NCBI GenBank assembly: GCA_040285825.1
Contig: JAUPSS010000002.1
Span: 3,410,001-3,474,000 of the forward strand
Reading direction: 5' to 3'
Origin: Eukaryota sp. TZLM1-RC
Lineage: Eukaryota > Protista > Metamonada: BaSk clade
DNA length: 64,000 nucleotides
Below, one piece after another: positions 60,840-64,000 of the stretch (positions are counted from its first letter, which is position 1; every line of letters starts with the position of its first letter). The position numbers were made by a program, and so were the translations under genes. The notes under the pieces were generated by a model, which saw nothing but the letters and a program-made list of their open reading frames with translations, had not been told where the DNA came from and did not search any database.

Positions 60840-63800
60840 TAAATTTAATTTTAATTTATTTTCAAAACCACAGTCTAAAAGTCAATATCTTCAAAACAAG
60901 CTTCCACACCATCAAACCTTACAGCAGCAATGTTTTCATAATGTGCACTGACAGACATTAAAGCTTTCGAAATCATTTTAGGAATTGATTTGAAAATAGT
61001 AAAAACAATACGATTTAGCCACAAGCGACAATCAAAACGCTTATTCATTCTTTTTTTCACAAGATTTTCAAAATCATCAATAAAATTCAAAGCAGTTTTT
61101 CCAAGACGACCATACAACGATATAGCAAATGGGCAAATTTGGTAATCTACATGGCGAACATGTTTCAATTCTTTTAAAGGATTTGCATACTTTTTCCGTT
61201 TGTACAATTCGGAGTCATCAAGGGGGATACTTCGGATTGAGCATTTTTCAAGGCATTTTTCTTGCAAACATCCACTGTTACGACATCAACAACATTCATG
61301 ACATCATCAAACGAGGGCACAACAACATCAGCACGTCGTTTTCCATATTCTGAATCTCTTACGCTTTCATTTATATCAAGAGACCTCAACAAAGGTTCTA
61401 CAAAAGATTCAATATGATAGGAATTACACATTGCATGGATTTGATCTCTAACTGCATCATGCAACGTAGAACGATAGGAAATATATCTATTACAATTAAA
61501 TAAATGTGATAATGTCAAACCAGCTCCACATTTACAAAAACAAATCATTGGGCAAATTACAAGGCCATAAATAACAACGCATTCTCATAGCAGTGGTCCA
61601 TTGGTCGTCATTCAAAAATAGACCATAAATCTGGGGAATTTGATTTATCAAAACTGCAGATGAACTGTCCTTCAAATCAATCAAAAATTGGCAAAAGCAG
61701 GATTTTCTTTCTTAGCCGTGCTAAGTCGAACAATAAAATCCTTGCTTTCAAAATTTTCAAAAGATGTCGTTGGAGCTTTTTCAACGCAAATTTTAATGAA
61801 TATAAACTTCTGTCTGGAATTTCTTGAATGGATATGGGGAAACATGATTGCCATAAGTCGGGAGATAAACTGGAAATTTCTTGTCTTAAGTTATCCAGGA
61901 ATATGCTATTTGTATTTTCAAGAAGATTTTCGGCAAAGGATATCTTCTAGAGAATTCAAATACAAAATTTTTCCACCACCAATAAATGCAGCTTTGGTCA
62001 AATATTTTGATGAATTGAATCCAACACCGCCAAGTTGAACATCAGAAAAAATATGATTTTTCAAAATTGATGGATCAACAGACATTAAATAAGCCAAAAA
62101 TTGGGTACGTATTTTGTTAAATTGTCTACAAAAATTGTAAGTTAGGGATGGAGGTAATGATCGCAGTAAATGAGTAATTTTTCCAGCATAACAAATTTTC
62201 AAAAGAAAAAACTTAAGACGTTTTTCCAATTCAAGAGTCTTTATGACTTCTAGCTCTTTTTTAATTGAATTTAAATAATTTTCAAGACTGTCAAGTGTCT
62301 TTTCGGCGGAACCTAAATAGCAACCCAGAAAGCAGAAACTAGTTGAAGTATAATCAATATATGGAACTTCGAGGGAATTAATTATTGACTTAACATTTTT
62401 TCTAGAAATACAAAAACATTTTTGAACATTCAAATCAAGACCTATGGATTGGTATAATGTAGCAGCTTCATTAGCAACCCTATTAATTGTACTTTCTGGA
62501 CCAATACAAGAAATGTCATCCATGTAAGCTACCACTTGAAGGTCAGAATTTTTCTTCTTTTAATTTTTTTCAAAATTGGGTGAATTGCAAGACAAAAAAA
62601 GAAAGGACCTAAAGGGTCTCCTTGTTTAACTCCTGATAAAGAATCCAAATTAAAAGAATTAAAAATTAAATCAGATGAATTACCATAAAACCTATAAAAA
62701 AAGGTTTCGAGTTCAGGAAAATTTGATTTGATTTCTTTCCAAATTGAATCTCTTTTCACTGAATTGAAAGCATTTTTGAAATCAAGATTAAAAATGCAAC
62801 TATTTTCGTGATAATTGAAAAACAGATCAGATGTCAAAGCTGCAACTGAAGCTCCATCTATAGTTTTGATTCCATATTGGAATGGAGAAAAGTATTCTTT
62901 AGCTTTTGTTGAAACTCGATTAAAAATTACTGAAGACATCAAGCGATAAATGGCTTCACCAATGGCAATTGGGCGAACTTTTCCATTAGGTTTAGTTAAA
63001 GCCACTAACCGTGATGCACTTAATTCTTTGGGTGGAACAATTTTCATTGTCAAAACATCTTGAAAAAAGGAACATAAATCTTTAATAATAAAGGCATTTT
63101 GGCGGCACACAGATTTCAGCATATCAAAAGTAATTCCAGATGGACCTGGAGCTTTTCCAGATGGAAGACGGAAAATGGCAGTTTCAACTTCTTTTTCAGA
63201 AAGTGGATTTTGTTTCCAAAATTGTGAAGCAGATGGTTTATCCAAATGAAGAAATTCAGCTGGATGCAGATCCACTAATTGATTTACAGTTTCATCAGTC
63301 ACAGGAGCAAGATCAGATGAGAACAGAGCGTTTTTCCCTGAACCATATCTCCCACGTAGCAAAAATTTTCGTACAGTCTTATTCTTGGGTTGTTTCTTTG
63401 GAGTGAAAGCCTTTTGGGGACGAGAACCTGATTTTTGTTCAAGGAAGAATTTCCAAATAGAAAATATATCCCATTCTCCTTTTTTCAAAGCAAGACTGAA
63501 TGTTCTAAACGCAACAGAAAAGGGAATGGAAGCCTTGGGACTGAGAATATTCGGAATCTTACATGGAGGCCGTAATGTATCAAGCGAGGAGCAAACATGG
63601 CATACATATAAATTATTTTTTTAAAATATATCTTTCAGCTTTTTCATTACAAATAGCACAATTATCAATTTGACTTGCTTCAAGGGGAATATCTAACATC
63701 ACTGCATCATTGTCTTCTGCAGTGCACTCATCTTTGGGAGGTAAATTAAATTCTAAATTATTTAATTCAGCGGCAGCGGCGGTTACAGAATAAGAAATAG

Positions 63801-64000
63801 ATGGATTTTGATAATTTTCACATTTTTTAGAATTCTTTTTATGACCAACTTTATGACAGGATGAGCAACGGGGAACATTTTTTGAGAGTTTAGTGTTTTT
63901 TGTGGCACGCTGATCATTTTTTGAATTTGAAATTTTTTGAGAAAAATTTCGAGCATAGCTTGGAGGGTGGGGAGAGTGGAGGAGTGAAGGGGATGAGCTT
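60840..64000 (-). mobile_element. Family H near full-length element (5' end beyond the window)
   Basis: Knuckle CSSCHKVGHKKNSKKC near 63850; RT 62529-63488 and 61918-62535 (AYMDD); RLE 61174-61548; ends FEDIDF*. Confidence 0.9.

Noticed and set aside
130-63624. Many small antisense or alternate-frame ORFs (e.g. MKFLPVLL, MSYLVNLK, MGFAYLA)
   Set aside because: They are shadow ORFs that recur only because the element is repeated, and are not conserved between families
1-64000. Host species assignment
   Set aside because: No host genes present; only AT-rich eukaryote with the standard genetic code can be inferred

Overview
The window is AT-rich eukaryotic DNA with no recognisable host gene, RNA gene or telomeric repeat. 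Essentially all 64 kb is a nested pile of non-LTR retrotransposons of the restriction-like-endonuclease (RLE, R2 group; most CRE-like) type. I distinguish 7-8 divergent families, named A-H here (F and G may be two ends of one family). Full-length elements are about 3.3-3.5 kb with a single ORF: acidic N-terminus, CX2CX4HX4C knuckle, C4 finger, RT (GVKQGDPLGP, YMDD/YLDD), C-terminal CCHC and RLE. One family A copy is fully intact (1122 aa, 20686-24054, minus strand). The families insert into each other with 6-15 bp target-site duplications (TSDs) at no fixed target sequence, up to three levels deep. Unusual features: every intact 5' end starts with an oligo-T tract that mirrors the 3' A-tail; short terminal peptide motifs are conserved across families (SDTDW and an acidic-hydrophobic C-tail); families A, B and H share a structured 5' module; a 606-bp in-frame tandem array is forming inside family A; there are two large inverted segmental duplications; and some junctions show tail-only micro-insertions or stuttered target copies. 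The region reads as a retrotransposon-built heterochromatic, possibly centromeric, domain (inference). Coordinates were read by eye and may be off by a few bases.
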